A stretch of 63,448 nucleotides of DNA, counting the filler, from Reclinomonas americana ATCC 50394 (Eukaryota), in NCBI GenBank assembly GCA_048213135.1. It is 5 parts of 2 records of this genome, joined end to end, with 100 filler letters (N's around TTAATTAATTAA, not from the genome) between each part and the next. Parts side by side here need not be neighbours in the genome. Positions count along the whole stretch, not along the records: positions 20,067 to 48,334 come from PS015112.1; 4 more parts are not named here. One strand, written 5' to 3'. This document shows, piece after piece, positions 20,067 to 33,087 of this stretch. The position numbers and the translations under genes were made by a program. The notes below the pieces were generated by a model, which saw only the letters and a program-made list of their open reading frames with translations, was not told where the DNA came from and did no database searches. Numbering within the stretch: the first letter of the stretch is position 1; each line of letters starts with the position of its first letter.

Positions 20067-22002
20067 GCTGGCCATTCAGGAGCTGCTCGACAATCGCATC
20101 TTCAAGAATTTCGGCGTGGTCGCCTTCTCCAGCTCCTCCGGCAGCGGCTACCCGACGTTCCACCTCACGCATCGCACGCATCTGGAGGTGTTCGACATGG
20201 TGTACTACCCGGTGCATTATTTGCACGGCCATTGCGATCCGTGGATCTTTGAGTTGCGGGAGATGGGGGAAGGTAGTGCAGGAAGAGAGGGCGGAGAGGA
20301 GGATGACAAGGAGAATGAGAGAGGGGATATTCAGAAGATGAACGCAAAGAGTGGCGACACAACAGGGAGAATGAGAGTGAGCGGGAGAGAGAGAGTGAGT
20401 GTGTGTGAGAGAGAGAGAGAGAGTGAGCGGAGACAGAGTGTGTGAGCGGGAGAGAGAGATGGTGACATCAATAGAGGACGAGGAGAATGTGAGAAGCTCA
20501 TAGTGAGGTCGTGAAGAGGATGTTCGCAAAGAGGGGCAAGAGACAGGAGAAAGATGAGTGCGGAGTGAGAGACATGAAGGCGGAACGAGAGTGAGAGAGG
20601 GAGAGAGAGTGAACGAACGAGAGACGAAGCGCCGAGAGATGAGTGACAGGAAAACTGAGAGGGAAGTCTAACAGAGTACGAGATGACCATGAACACGAAG
20701 AATAGCGACATAGACCGTGAGAACGAGAGAGAAACAAAGAGATACGGATGACTGCATAGGAGGACGAAAAGTCTACTGAGAGAACAAGCACAAAGGACTC
20801 GAAGAGGTGAGAGAGAGAAAGATATCTCTCTTCGTTTCTCTCTCTCGCTCGTGCATTCTCTCGCTCCAACTAGCTGTCTCTCTCGCCTCTCTTTGCGTTT
20901 ATCTTCTTCTTGTTGTCTCTCTAGCATCTTGTCCTGTATTTCTTTCACCCATTTCTCTTCTTTCTCTCTCACACACTTCAGAGAACTTGGTGAATATGCA
21001 GAGAGAAGAACTAAGAAAATGAACGCAAAGAGAGGCGGAGCAACACAGTGAGAACGAAAGAGTGTGTGAGAGGGAGAGAGAAAGGAAAAGAGGTTGGTGA
21101 TTCTTGTGCTTTCTGTAGACTTCCCGCATCCTCGTTTCCTCTCTTTCGCGCGAGAGAAACCTGCCGCGATACTGAAGTCACCAGACAAGCTGAGATGATG
21201 TAAGATCCCTTCCCTCTTACTCCGCATCCTCGTGTCCTCTCTTTCGCGAGAGAGAAACCTGCCGCGATACTGAAGTCAGATGATGCAAGATCCCTTCTCT
21301 CTTACTCCCTTCTCTCTCTTACTCCCTTCTCTCTTACTCCCTTCTCTCTTACTCGCTTCTCTCTTACTCGCTTCTCTCTTACTCGCTTCTCTCTTACTCC
21401 CTTCCCTCTTACTCCCTTCCCTCTTACTCCCTTCTCTCTTACTCCCTTCCCTCTTACTCCCTTCCCTCTTACTCCCTTTTCTCTTACTCCCTTCTCTCTT
21501 ACTCCCTTCTCTCTTACTCGCTTCTCTCTTACTCCCTTCTCTCTCTTACTCCCTTCTCGCTTACTCCCTTCCCTCTTACTCCCTTCTCACTTACTCCCTT
21601 CTCTCCTTTGGCAGCACCTACGCCGTGTTCGAGGCAGCCGTGTCGCACCGCGGCATTCGAATTCACAACCACGCCGGCAACGTACCGACGCGCTACCCCA
21701 TCGAGGACACACACCGCGTGCAAGAGTTGCACACGGTGTGGCGCCAGCACATCTACAAGTGGCTGGAGGCGCGCGGGCTGCTGCCGTCGTTCGCCCCCAA
21801 GTGGGAAGACATTCCCAAGAAGCGACTGGAGATGTGGGACTACGTGCACCTCATTCGGTACGGGCCCAACGGTCCCGGTCCCGGTGGTGTCGGCTCCGAC
21901 ACGGCCATTGAGGTGCCGGATGCGCCGCCACAACCTCCTGCCGACGGCACCGGCAAGGATCAGGATAGCAACAACGACAACAACAACAACAATAACCCAT
22001 AG
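20067..22002 (+). CDS. Putative GT-A fold glycosyltransferase, 3' part (5' in gap)
   Basis: Exon 20067-20252 (NFGVVAF...PTFHLTHRTHLEVF..YYP...DPWIF) joins exon 21615-22002 in frame (DTYAVF...). The HRTHxxxF...YYP...DxWI pattern is recalled from protist glycosyltransferase-like proteins. Confidence 0.55.
21291..21606 (+). repeat. Intronic 15-bp minisatellite (ctctcttactccctt)n
   Basis: About 20 near-perfect tandem units directly before the acceptor at 21614. Confidence 0.92.
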
Positions 22003-22146
22003 TCTCTCTCTCTCTCTTTCTCTCTCTCTCCCTTTATCTCAATAGATTGAATTTCTCCTTTCGCCACGCGTGGGGTTTCTCCGGGAGCCAGACCGAAGAA
22101 TCTCTTTTTTGTTGTGATTGCTGTGCGCGTGTTGAGCGTGCACGCC

Positions 22147-23781
22147 ATGGGTTCTCTCACGTCGTGCTGCTCCGAGCAGCCGACTGTCACAGTGGTCGTT
22201 CTGGGCGAGCGCAGTGTCGGCAAGAGCGCACTGACTCGAGAGTTTGCGGTGAGTCTTTGATTGTGTGATTGTATTTTCTTCATTTCAAGACAACTGTGCT
22301 GATCTTGTGTGGGTGGTGGCGCAGCGCATGTCGGGTATGCTGGTCACCAGTGGCACCATGTCGACCATCGACAAGCTGGAGCCGATCGCCTACCGAGTTG
22401 AGTTTTTTTGCGATGCTCGAATCTGAACGCGTGGTCTCTCTGACCCGATGTGTAGGAGGGCTATCTCAACACACACAACATGGATCTGTCGGTGGATTGG
22501 TGCGTGTATGTTGGAGTAGAGCTGCCCGCCATTGACAGTTTGCTGAGTGGAGGGGGACAACGACAAGGTTGGACACAGCCTCGTACAGCGACTATCTGCA
22601 GGCGCGCCTGCGCGCCAATACCATCACTTTCCGCCCCGACATGGCCTTTGTGTTGATGTACAGCATCACCAATCGCCACTCGTTTGCCATTGTCGACAAG
22701 GTGCGCGGTGATTATTGCGGGTTGAGTCTGTCTCTGGTCTTGACATTGTCGTGTGATGCTTGCAGATCGCCACCGACCTCGATCTCCTGCTTGGTGGCGC
22801 TGGAGGACGGTACGTGGTCATTGGAAACAAGCTCGACGTTGTCCGCGACGAAGGCGAACAAGCGCGTGCCGTGTCTGTGGAAGAGGGCATGGTTTGCATG
22901 TGTTCTCTTGGGAGATGATTCTTGCCCCGCTGAATCATCTTTGAAAAAGGATTTTGCCGACGCGCTCATGGCGCCATTCTTGGAGTGCGCTCTGGACGAG
23001 CGATTCAACAGCCACTTGGCCGTGGAGGTGGCGGTGTCGATGGCCTGTCGAGCGTTGCGTTCTTTTCGGTCATCCCTTTCTGCTCGGCGTTTAATCTTCA
23101 CGGTCTTGCAGGTCTCGCTCAAAACGCGTGCACCCGTTCATGGACGAACATCTGGCGTGCTACGAGGCCATGTCGCCGGCCAACATGAGCCACTTCCTCA
23201 AGCGACGACGCAGCAGTCTGCAGGGAGCGCAGCGCGCGGGTGCCGTTGTGGTCACCGAGCGCCACAGCGCCTTTGACTCGTTTGCCGGCTTCCACCAGTC
23301 GGCGGCTCCAGCCGACGGCCACAACCATCATCATCATCATCGCCACCAGCGCGAGCACCATCGCCACCATCACCGAGATGAGACGCATGAGCATTTGCGC
23401 GAGCGGTATCAGGCGCAGGAGCAGGCGGCGCCGCGGCTGGAGACCGTGCGCAGCCGACCGACTCTGGTGTACAAGCCCGCTGCCGCCGGGACGCCGAACT
23501 CGTCGCTGCTGGCCCACGCCGACGAAGTGGACGAGGCCGACGAGGACGAGGAGGCGGCGGAGGTGACCGATGTCGACACGTTGTTTGTGCGCAAGCTGCA
23601 ACCGGCGGAGAAGAAGAAGCAAGGGGAGGAGCAGCAGCAGCCGGTGGTGTATGTGCAGGAGAGGTTTGTCGATGAGCTGGAGGAGCACGCAGCGGTGGTG
23701 GATGCCGAGGTTCACGCGGCGAGATCGGAGCAGGATGAGGGTGATCAGGAGGGGATGAAGGGCGAGAGGCAAATTATGTAG
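22147..23781 (+). CDS. Atypical Ras-superfamily small GTPase with N-terminal acylation motif and long His-rich/acidic C-terminal extension (multi-exon)
   Basis: MGSLTSCC start, G1 GERSVGKS, G3-like LDTAS, AFVLMYSITNRHSF, G4 GNKLD, G5-like LECA. No CAAX box. Confidence 0.8.
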
Positions 23782-24556
23782 CACGCGGAAGAGAAGAGTG
23801 AAGGGTGGGTTTGTTGAGAAAGATAGAAGGCACGGGGGTTGTGAGGGAGAGCACTATTGTGGGAAGCACGGACACACGGTTGGTCGCCTGTTCGCCTCGC
23901 CAGCAGCGCATGAGGTGGAGCGCATCGAGAATTCCAAGCTGGGCGCCAGGAACGAGTGGTGGCGAACGCATGCTCAGACAGCTTCCTGCACTCAAACAAC
24001 GAGCTCATTATCAACTTGGGATAGGCGAGCGTGCTTGATTGGCTATGTCTCCTGCGCAGAAAGCTGTGCCTCTGGTGTGATAGTCCCAGTCTTTATGCGA
24101 TGCAGATCTCCATTGCAGTTCTCATTGCTCGAAGATCGAGAGCGAATCACACACAAGATACCCTGCCGCTGCCCTCAAGACTGGTGTTGTGGATGTGGTT
24201 CGACAGCTCTTGAACTCAAACAATGTTGCACAGGACCATTCGAATTCGAAAAGTCTGCAATGTGGTTTTCCCTGCTATACTTGGCACTTTCCTTTGAGAG
24301 AAAAGCCTCGGCTGGCAACCAGGAGCTTCAGCGCACCAAACTTCGGAGCATGTCATGTTTGTCATGCATGTGTCCTCCTTCACATTGGTTTTCTCATGCA
24401 AGGAGTCAGTGCGCTCATATGCGCATTTCTCCTCCTCTGTGTGCTGCAATGCACGCTCTCTCACTGCAGTGACACAGAGGTGACTGCACACTGCTCTCAC
24501 AGAGAGAGAAGGAGGGATGTCACTCACACATCTGTGTGTGTTGTGTGTTTGTGTGT

Positions 24557-24669
<113 letters not shown>

Positions 24670-25322
24670 TGTGTGTGTGGCGGGACGACGTCGTGTGTGT
24701 GTAGTAGTGTGTAGTCGCGGCGGAGGTAGTAGGTAGTAGACGTACGTACGTAACGNNNNNNNNNNNNNNNNNNNNNNNNNNNNNNNNNNNNNNNNNNNNN
24801 NNNNNNNNNNNNNNNNNNNNNNNNNNNNNNNNNNNNNNNNNNNNNNNNNNNNNNNNNNNNNNNNNNNNNNNNNNNNNNNNNNNNNNNNNNNNNNNNNNNN
24901 NNNNNNNNNNNNNNNNNNNNNNNNNNNNNNNNNNNNNNNNNNNNNNNNNNNNNNNNNNNNNNNNNNNNNNNNNNNNNNNNNNNNNNNNNNNNNNNNNNNN
25001 NNNNNNNNNNNNNNNNNNNNNNNNNNNNNNNNNNNNNNNNNNNNNNNNNNNNNNNNNNNNNNNNNNNNNNNNNNNNNNNNNNNNNNNNNNNNNNNNNNNN
25101 NNNNNNNNNNNNNNNNNNNNNNNNNNNNNNNNNNNNNNNNNNNNNNNNNNNNNNNNNNNNNNNNNNNNNNNNNNNNNNNNNNNNNNNNNNNNNNNNNNNN
25201 NNNNNNNNNNNNNNNNNNNNNNNNNNNNCGTACGTACGTACGTACGTACGTACGTACGTACGTACGTACGTACGTACGTACGTACGGTACGTACGTACGT
25301 ACGTACGTACGTACGTACGTAC

Positions 25323-25366
<44 letters not shown>

Positions 25367-25758
25367 CTCTGCCTCTCGCCTCTTTCACAGACTGCTTGCT
25401 CCTCTTACTCACGGTCACTACGTCTCACACTTATCACCTCTTTCGCTCTTCTCTTTCTCTTTCGCGAGTCTTCCTCTTCCTCCTTACTTTACACGTCCTC
25501 ATGTCACCGGCACAAGCAAGTCTTATCTTTCTTCCCAGTCTTCCAGGCCTCTTCACTCTTGCTTATGCTGCTTCTCTTCTTGTTGTCACTGGCAGCTCTC
25601 CCTTTCCCTGTCCTCTGTCGCCTCTCGCTCTTCATTCTTCTCATCCTCTGCTGTCCTCTTCATCCTCCACTTTCCCCCGTTCTGCTCTCTTCCTCTCCCC
25701 TCTCTTTTGCCATTCCTCATTCCGCATCCTTTCCCTCACTTCCCCTCTTCTCGCACAG

Positions 25759-27974
25759 CCCACGACTTCGCCACTCGCATGGAGATCTCCCTCGAGTTTG
25801 AGCGCGCAATCACTCGCGCCATTGTCGACCAGCTGGCCGAGAACGTTCCCGAGGTGGGCATCCCTCTCTCTCCTAACTTCTCCACTTTTCGCTCACCCTC
25901 CCGTCTCCACCCCAGCCACCTGCTGAACCCGATCCCGACTTGGCCGACACCGAGTACCTCACCAAGGGCTATCTGCTCATTGTGCGTGTGCCAGAGGAGC
26001 CGAATGGTGTTCCGCTGATTGCGCGACCCGGGTACATGGATATGCGGAGATTATGTTGCGAATTAGGGAGAAGGGAGATAGAGAAGAGGTGCTCTCTCTT
26101 AAATCTTCTGCACTTCTGTCTCTCTGATGTCTCACTCTTTCTCTCTGCCTCTCATTTTCTTCTTTCGTTCATGCGTCTCCCCTCGTTGAACGCTTGGCTG
26201 TTTTCTATTCCCTGCATGCCTGTCTTGGCTCTCCTTTGCATGTCTCCATCCCTGCGTTCGTCATCTGTTGTGCTCTCCTCCTCCACTGCTCTCTCTCTCT
26301 CCCTGTCTTGTGTCTCTCAGTCCCATTCACCTCATAGCCTCATTGCTTTGCATCCATCGCCTATCTGCGCTCGCCATCTCTCGCCATCTCAATCGTCTCC
26401 ATCCTCTTCGTTCTCCTCGCGATTGCGCTCATTCTTTATGCCCCCATGCTTTGAATGTTAATGATCAAGCGCCTGTCATCATTTTCTGTCTTGCTCTCTC
26501 ACCTTCGTCTCGTTTCCGCCAACTCTCCTTTTCTTTCCTCTTCCATATTCCTCTTTCCCTCTCCCTCTCCCTTCCTCATCTCCCTTTCCCTTCCCCTCTC
26601 GTCCCCTTGCCCATTCTTCCTCATCTCCCTTCCCTTTCTGCAGCCGGCGCCCCCCCTCGCAACCTGTCAGCCTGGTGGACCCTCAACGCCAATCACATGA
26701 TCTACTTTGATTTGGGATCGGAGAAGGTGCACAACCAGCCGGAGGTGAGCTTCCCTTCCGTTCCATCCCTTACAATCCATCCCCCTCACTCACCCCTTCC
26801 CCACCACCAGATCATTTCCAGCTTCTTCTGGGTTTGTCCTCAATCCATCCACCCACCCATCCTCCCTCGCTTCCCTCTCACCCCCCTTTCCCAGAACGAT
26901 CCCCCCGGCTCCCCCGTCCCACCCCTCCCACCCCACCTGGCGCGCGTGGCCCCGAATCCACCGCCCCCCACACAACCAGATCCTGCCGACCCCGCCGGCC
27001 TGGCCGGCTGGCATCCGTGGCGACTGCACGTGCCGTATTACTCGCTGTCGCACCACTACGTGGTGCCGTGCATCTCCGACGTGGCCATCTGGAAGAACAA
27101 GCGCGAGACGGTACCAATGGAGGACGCGCTCTTTCGCGACGCGCAACTCGAATTCCTACGCCAACACCCGCCACCCGCCGCCGGCCCCAACGTGCACGTG
27201 CTGCTTGGCGTGTTTTCAGTGGCCAGTGACACGGTGCGCCGTGCGACGATTCGTGCAACATGGGCGCGCTACTCCAACGTGTACCACCCGACGGAGAATC
27301 CCCGCGGCACTGTGCAAATCGTGTTTGTGATGGCACGGCCAATGTCGCAGTCGACGGCCCGCGCCCTTCACGACGAGTACGAAACGTACGCCGGCAGCAG
27401 CCTGTTCTTCCTCGACATTGTCGAGAATGTGAACTCGGGCAAGATCTTTGATTGGTTCGGGGCGGTGGCCGAGCAGTACCGCGGCTCCAACATTCGCGTG
27501 GTGGCCAAGTGCGATCCCGACATTTTCCTGCGCACGGTGGCCCTGGAGCATGCTCTTGCCGAGCTGCCCTCACGGCGCCTGCTGTGGGGCGGCCACGGCA
27601 CGGCCGTGCGCAACGACATGGTCTACGAGTACGTGCTCGGCTGGGGCCTCTTCCTCTCGTGGGATCTCGTCGAGTGGCTGGCGCAGGCCACCACCCCACT
27701 CGACGAGCGCAGCGGACACGACGACTGCACACTACCCTTCTGGTTCGCCTCCAACAACATCCCACTGCGCTTCGTGCCCGACTATCGCTTCCACGAGGCC
27801 GAGGGCCACACCTACGAGGAACCGCTGACCGACGAAAGCATCCTCGTGCACCGCGTCGACACGCTGGAGCACGCGCAGCAGCTGATGGAGCGCTTCACCG
27901 ATGGACTGCAAGCGAGTGCACTGGGCGAGCCCATGGAGTTGGAGGAGCTGGTGCGCGCCTTGGAGGAGCTGTAA
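25759..27974 (+). CDS. GT31-family (beta-1,3-galactosyltransferase-like) glycosyltransferase, paralog A (5' in gap)
   Basis: LLGVFS...RRATIRATW, ENVNSGKIFDWF, VVAKCDPDIFL, YVLGWGLFLSWDLVEW, HDD. Upstream exons are homologous to paralog B. Confidence 0.82.
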
Positions 27975-28399
27975 AAAAACAACGAAATTGCAATGTGAAG
28001 AAGAGATTTGAATATTCTCTCAATGTCGAGAGCAGTATCGCTGCTTTTTGTGCTGCTGCTCTGTCTCATCTGCACAGGCACATGTTCCACAGTGAGTCCA
28101 TGCTCTTCTCTCTGTCTCTCTCTGTGTGTGTCTCAGTCTCTCACTCTTTTCTCTCACTCACAGGAATCTGCAGTAAAGACACGCGCTGTGTCGCTCTTTG
28201 CAGGTGGCAAAGTGTATAGTGTGTCGGTGCGAGAGGATGGTTTTGATGCGAATGCTGTGGGTGAGTGGGTGGAGAGGAAAGAGAGAGAGAGAGAGAGCGA
28301 GAGACAAAGTAACTGCAACACACTCTCTCTCTCACACACACACATACACACACACTCTCTGTGCATGTCGCCTTAGGCGTCTTTAGGCGTCACCTTAAC

Positions 28400-28433
<34 letters not shown>

Positions 28434-28696
28434 TCTCTCAAGTCAATCTTCTTCATTTATTATCTCTGTAGTCCCTCCCTCCTCCAGTCTCTCTCACTCT
28501 CTCTCCTCCCTCTTTGTGCCTTCTCTCTCTCCTTCCCTCTCTCTGTCTTGCACTCTCTCTCTCTCTCTCTCATATTGTGCATTTTGTGGTCCTTTTGTCG
28601 CCTTCAGTCTGTCACTCTCCTCCTTCCCTTCCCTTCCCTTCCTCCTCCCGTTCACTCTCATTGTGCATTCTCTCCAGTTAGTCTCACTTTGATGCA

Positions 28697-28940
28697 TCTC
28701 AGCTTCTCTGCAAGTCTCTTCCTTCCTCCTGCATTTCAGCTTCTCTGCAACTCTCCCTTCCTTCCCTTCCTCCTCCCCTTCTTTCTTTGGCCATTTTGAT
28801 GCCTTTGTCTCTCTCCTCCTTACCTCACTCGTCTCTGCACCTGTTTTCTCACTCAGCTTCTCTGCAAGTCCCTTCCTTCGTCCCGCCTCGCGCATTGTGA
28901 TCCTGTCGATGCATTTCAGCTTCTCTGCAACTCTACCTCT
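28697..28940 (+). repeat. Four dispersed copies of cagcttctctgcaa in CT-rich sequence
   Basis: Motif at ~28700, 28737, 28854 and 28917 with similar flanks. Confidence 0.65.
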
Positions 28941-29111
28941 CACTTCTCCTTGCATCTGGGATCGCATGGATGATGCTCAGTTTGCCTGCGATTCTTCCTC
29001 CCATCCCTTCCTCCTCCCCTTCTTCACTCTTCTGCCTCTCTGCCTTTGGTCATGTGAATGCCTTGTCCTCCTTTCCTCCTTTTTTGTTCTCTCGCTCTCT
29101 CTCTCTCTCTT

Positions 29112-29225
<114 letters not shown>

Positions 29226-29910
29226 NNNNNNNNNNNNNNNNNNNNNNNNNNNNNNNNNNNNNNNNNNNNNNNNNNNNNNNNNNNNNNNNNNNNNNNNNNN
29301 NNNNNNNNNNNNNNNNNNNNNNNNNNNNNNNNNNNNNNNNNNNNNNNNNNNNNNNNNNNNNNNNNNNNNNNNNNNNNNNNNNNNNNNNNNNNNNNNNNNN
29401 NNNNNNNNNNNNNNNNNNNNNNNNNNNNNNNNNNNNNNNNNNNNNNNNNNNNNNNNNNNNNNNNNNNNNNNNNNNNNNNNNNNNNNNNNNNNNNNNNNNN
29501 NNNNNNNNNNNNNNNNNNNNNNNNNNNNNNNNNNNNNNNNNNNNNNNNNNNNNNNNNNNNNNNNNNNNNNNNNNNNNNNNNNNNNNNNNNNNNNNNNNNN
29601 NNNNNNNNNNNNNNNNNNNNNNNNNNNNNNNNNNNNNNNNNNNNNNNNNNNNNNNNNNNNNNNNNNNNNNNNNNNNNCGTAGTACGTCGTCTCTACGTTC
29701 GTCTCGTCGCGTCTCTCCTCTCCTCCTCCTCCTCCTCTCTCTCTTCTCTCTCTCTCTTCGTTCGTCTTGTAGTAGTCTCTCTCTTCCTTCCTTTCTTTCT
29801 TCTCTCTCTCTCTCTCTCTCTTCCTTCCTCTCTCTCTCTCTCTCTCTCTCTCCTCACATCTCCTTCCCCCTTCCCTTCTCCTTCCCCCTTTGCTTCCCTT
29901 TGTTGCCCAG

Positions 29911-32098
29911 CGGTCCGCTTCGCCATGAAACTCGGCATTCCACTCTCATTCACTCGCGCCATTGCCCGCGCCGTTGTCGACCAGCTTGTCGAGGGCGTGC
30001 CAGAGGTGCAGCCTCTTTTTTCTTTCCATCTTCCCATGCACTTTGTGCTGATCTTCTCCTCATTGCGCAGTTGTCCATGGCCGAGGGCGACAGGGACACC
30101 GAGTATCTGCGCAAGGGACTGCTGCTCGGGTTTCCCGCAGCCGAGGACGATGAGTCGGCGGCAAGCAATCACGGATTGGTGCCGCTCATGGCGCGACCGG
30201 GCGATGTGCATGTGCGGGAATTGAGTTGCGCAACCACATTTTCCATCCGCTCGCATTACCTCTTCCCTTCTTTCTCTCGCATTCTCTGTCTGTTTCTATC
30301 TGTTCTCGTTGTCTGTTATCTCGTTCGCACACTGTTGTTGTCTTCCTTCATTCTCTCACTCTCTTCTTTCTTCTTCCCCTCTTCCTCTCAGTCTCTCTCT
30401 CCGACTGGCTGCTTTTCCTCTAACACAGCAAACTATTCACCTTCTACCTTCCTTTCTTTCTCTCACTCTTATCCCATTGTCACCCCTCCTTCTGTTTTTC
30501 CCTTTTTTTCGCTTTTGTCTCGCTTCCTTCCCCTCCCTTCTTTCCCCTCTTTCCTTCACTTCCTTCCCTTCCTTCCTTTCCTTCCTTTCCCCTCTCCCTA
30601 CTTCCCCCTTTGCCTTTCCCCTTCGCCGTCCTCTCCATTTCCCCCTCCCCTCTTCCCTCTTCCTTCCTCCCTCCTCCCTCCTCCCCCTCTCCTTTCTCCC
30701 TCTCCCTCTCCCTCTCCCTCTCCCCCTCCCCCTTCCCCTCCCCCTCCCTTCCCTCCCTTCCCTCCTCCCTCCCCCTTCCCCTTCCTTCTCCCCCTTCCCC
30801 TTCAATCCCCTATTCTCCCTCCTTTCCCATATTCTCCCCCTCTGACATTGATTGCGAACAGAGGACGTCTCACCACGCGCTCTCCTTGACTGGTGGTCTC
30901 TGGAGCCGGAGCGCGAGAGGTACTTTCAGGCGGCTTCCGCGTGGGTTCATCAGCACTCCGAGGTCTGTGTGTCTCTCTCCACACTCTATTCTTCTCTCTC
31001 GTTCTCCTCACCTTCCCCTTTCCCTGCAGTTGATCTCATCATTCTTTTGGGTTGCGTTGACTCCCCATCTCCACGCCCCCTCTCCCCTTTATCCCTCACT
31101 TCTCACGGCAGATGGACCCACCGGCGGGCGGCGGCCTTCCCCCACCACTGCCTGCACATTTGGCACCCGAGCACACAGCTGCCGTACCACCAGCCGGCCC
31201 CTTTCCGTGGCGCAAGTACGCCACGCGCTTTTCACTGCCACGCTTCTACGCCGTGCCGTGTCCACCCGGTCTGGACATGCAGCGCGATGCGCGAGTGCAG
31301 GCCACCGCCGACGAGTTGCTCACGCGCGATCAAGTCGTCGACTTTATCCGCCAGCATCCGCCACCCGCCGCCGGCACCCACGTGCGCACTCTGCTCGGTG
31401 TGTTCTCGGTGGCCGACCGAGTCGCCGATCGCAATCGCATTCGCGTGACGTGGGCGCGCTACCCCAACGTGTATCACCCGACGGAGAATCCTCGCGGCAC
31501 CGTGCAAATCGTGTACGTGCTGGGTCGGCCGGTGACGCGTGCGCAGGCGAGAGCACTGCACGAGGAGTACGAGGTGCACGACGGAGCCAGTCTGCTTTTT
31601 TTGGACACGCGGGAGAACGTGAACTCGGGCAAGATTTTTGACTGGTTCGCGGCGGTCGCTACGCACTATCGTGGCTCCACCATTCGGGTGGTGGCCAAGT
31701 GCGATCCCGACATTTTCCTGCGCACCGTGGCCATGGAGCGTGCACTGGCCGAGCTGCCGTCGCAACGACTGTTGTGGGGCGCACATGGGACGGCGCTGCG
31801 ACATTACGTGGTGTACGAGTATGTGCTGGGCTGGGGCATGTTTTTGTCGTGGGATCTGGTGGAGTGGCTGGCCGCGCTGTCGGTGCCCTTTGAGGAGCGC
31901 ACCGGGCACGATGACTGCACGCTGCCGTTCCAATTGGTGACCAACAACATCCCTGTGCGTTTCGTGCCCGATCTGCGCTTCCACGAGGCCCCCGGTCACA
32001 TGTACGAGGAGTCGGTGACGGACGACAGCATCCTCGTGCACCGTGTGGACACACTGCAGCACGCCAAGCAGTTCATGCACCGCTTCCCTGATCGGTGA
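29911..32098 (+). CDS. GT31-family glycosyltransferase, paralog B (5' in gap)
   Basis: Same motifs (NVYHPTENPRGTVQIV, ENVNSGKIFDWF, VVAKCDPDIFLRT) and same exon layout as paralog A. Confidence 0.82.
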
Positions 32099-33087
32099 GA
32101 CGAGTCGGTGAGTGGGTGTTGCGGGTTCGGTTAATAATTGGTGGTGGATGCTAATTTGCCCTCTTCCACAAAAGATTACTTTGTGCGCGATGATTCCTCG
32201 CCGGCCTTGCGCGCGACCACGAATCTAGCCACGAGGCGCTGGTGCGCCTTATTTTACTCTGTGGACTATGCTTGCCTGCTTCAGGAGGTCAACTGTTATT
32301 GCGTTTCTCTTTGTGACTTTATTAGGCGCAACATTGTTTAATTGGAATTAACGAGGCACAATGAATTGGAACCCACAACAAATGAACGATCTGCGATGTC
32401 CTCCCGCTCGCATCGCCAGTGACCCCCTCCATGTTGGTCACCGAAAGTGCGGTCACATCCCACGCCTGTGTCATGTCGACACGACTGCAGGACGACAAAC
32501 AATCCTTGCACCGTTGAATTAGGCAATCAATTGCATAGAACGGTTTTTCTGCATCACATCGATTGAACGAGAGCAGACTCGTTGCGTGCCCGCACACTCC
32601 CCTGCACACGCAACTCACAATGCACTCTTTGTTGCACACACGCAACAAACACCATACTGTTGGTTGCCGTTGTTGTCCGCTGTGTTTTACAGTGACGCGC
32701 GGTGCACAAACTACACTCACACGCACACTCTCTCTTTCTCTCTCTCCCCTCTCCTCCACCACACTCCCCGCCATCGCCCTTTGCATCTTCTTGTCTGACA
32801 CGGGAAAGGAGTGCATCGCATCCCACAGTGGCAACCGTGGGGTCACGTGCACATAATTCAGGCATGGTGCAGAGTGTACGATTCTTGTCGAGGCAACTTT
32901 GTTGCGCAAACAAGTTTCTCCCTGTCTTCTTCATACGGCAACCTCGATCGCACAAAAACCACACACACATACACACACATCTCACACACTCTTTGAGCGC
33001 GGAGACCACTCATTCTCATCGCTCAACAACTGACTGCGCCGACTGTCACGTGCCACACCAGAACATCAACGAACACGGCCGCGGATC

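Noticed and set aside
21280-21614. LLPSL repeat protein N-terminus
   Set aside because: Translation of an intronic 15-bp minisatellite; the real exon starts after the acceptor at 21614.
25229-25324. (TACG)n repeats here and at ~24740, 29678, 43902
   Set aside because: Found only at contig edges next to microsatellites. They match the TACG pyrosequencing flow order, so they are most likely read-end artefacts.
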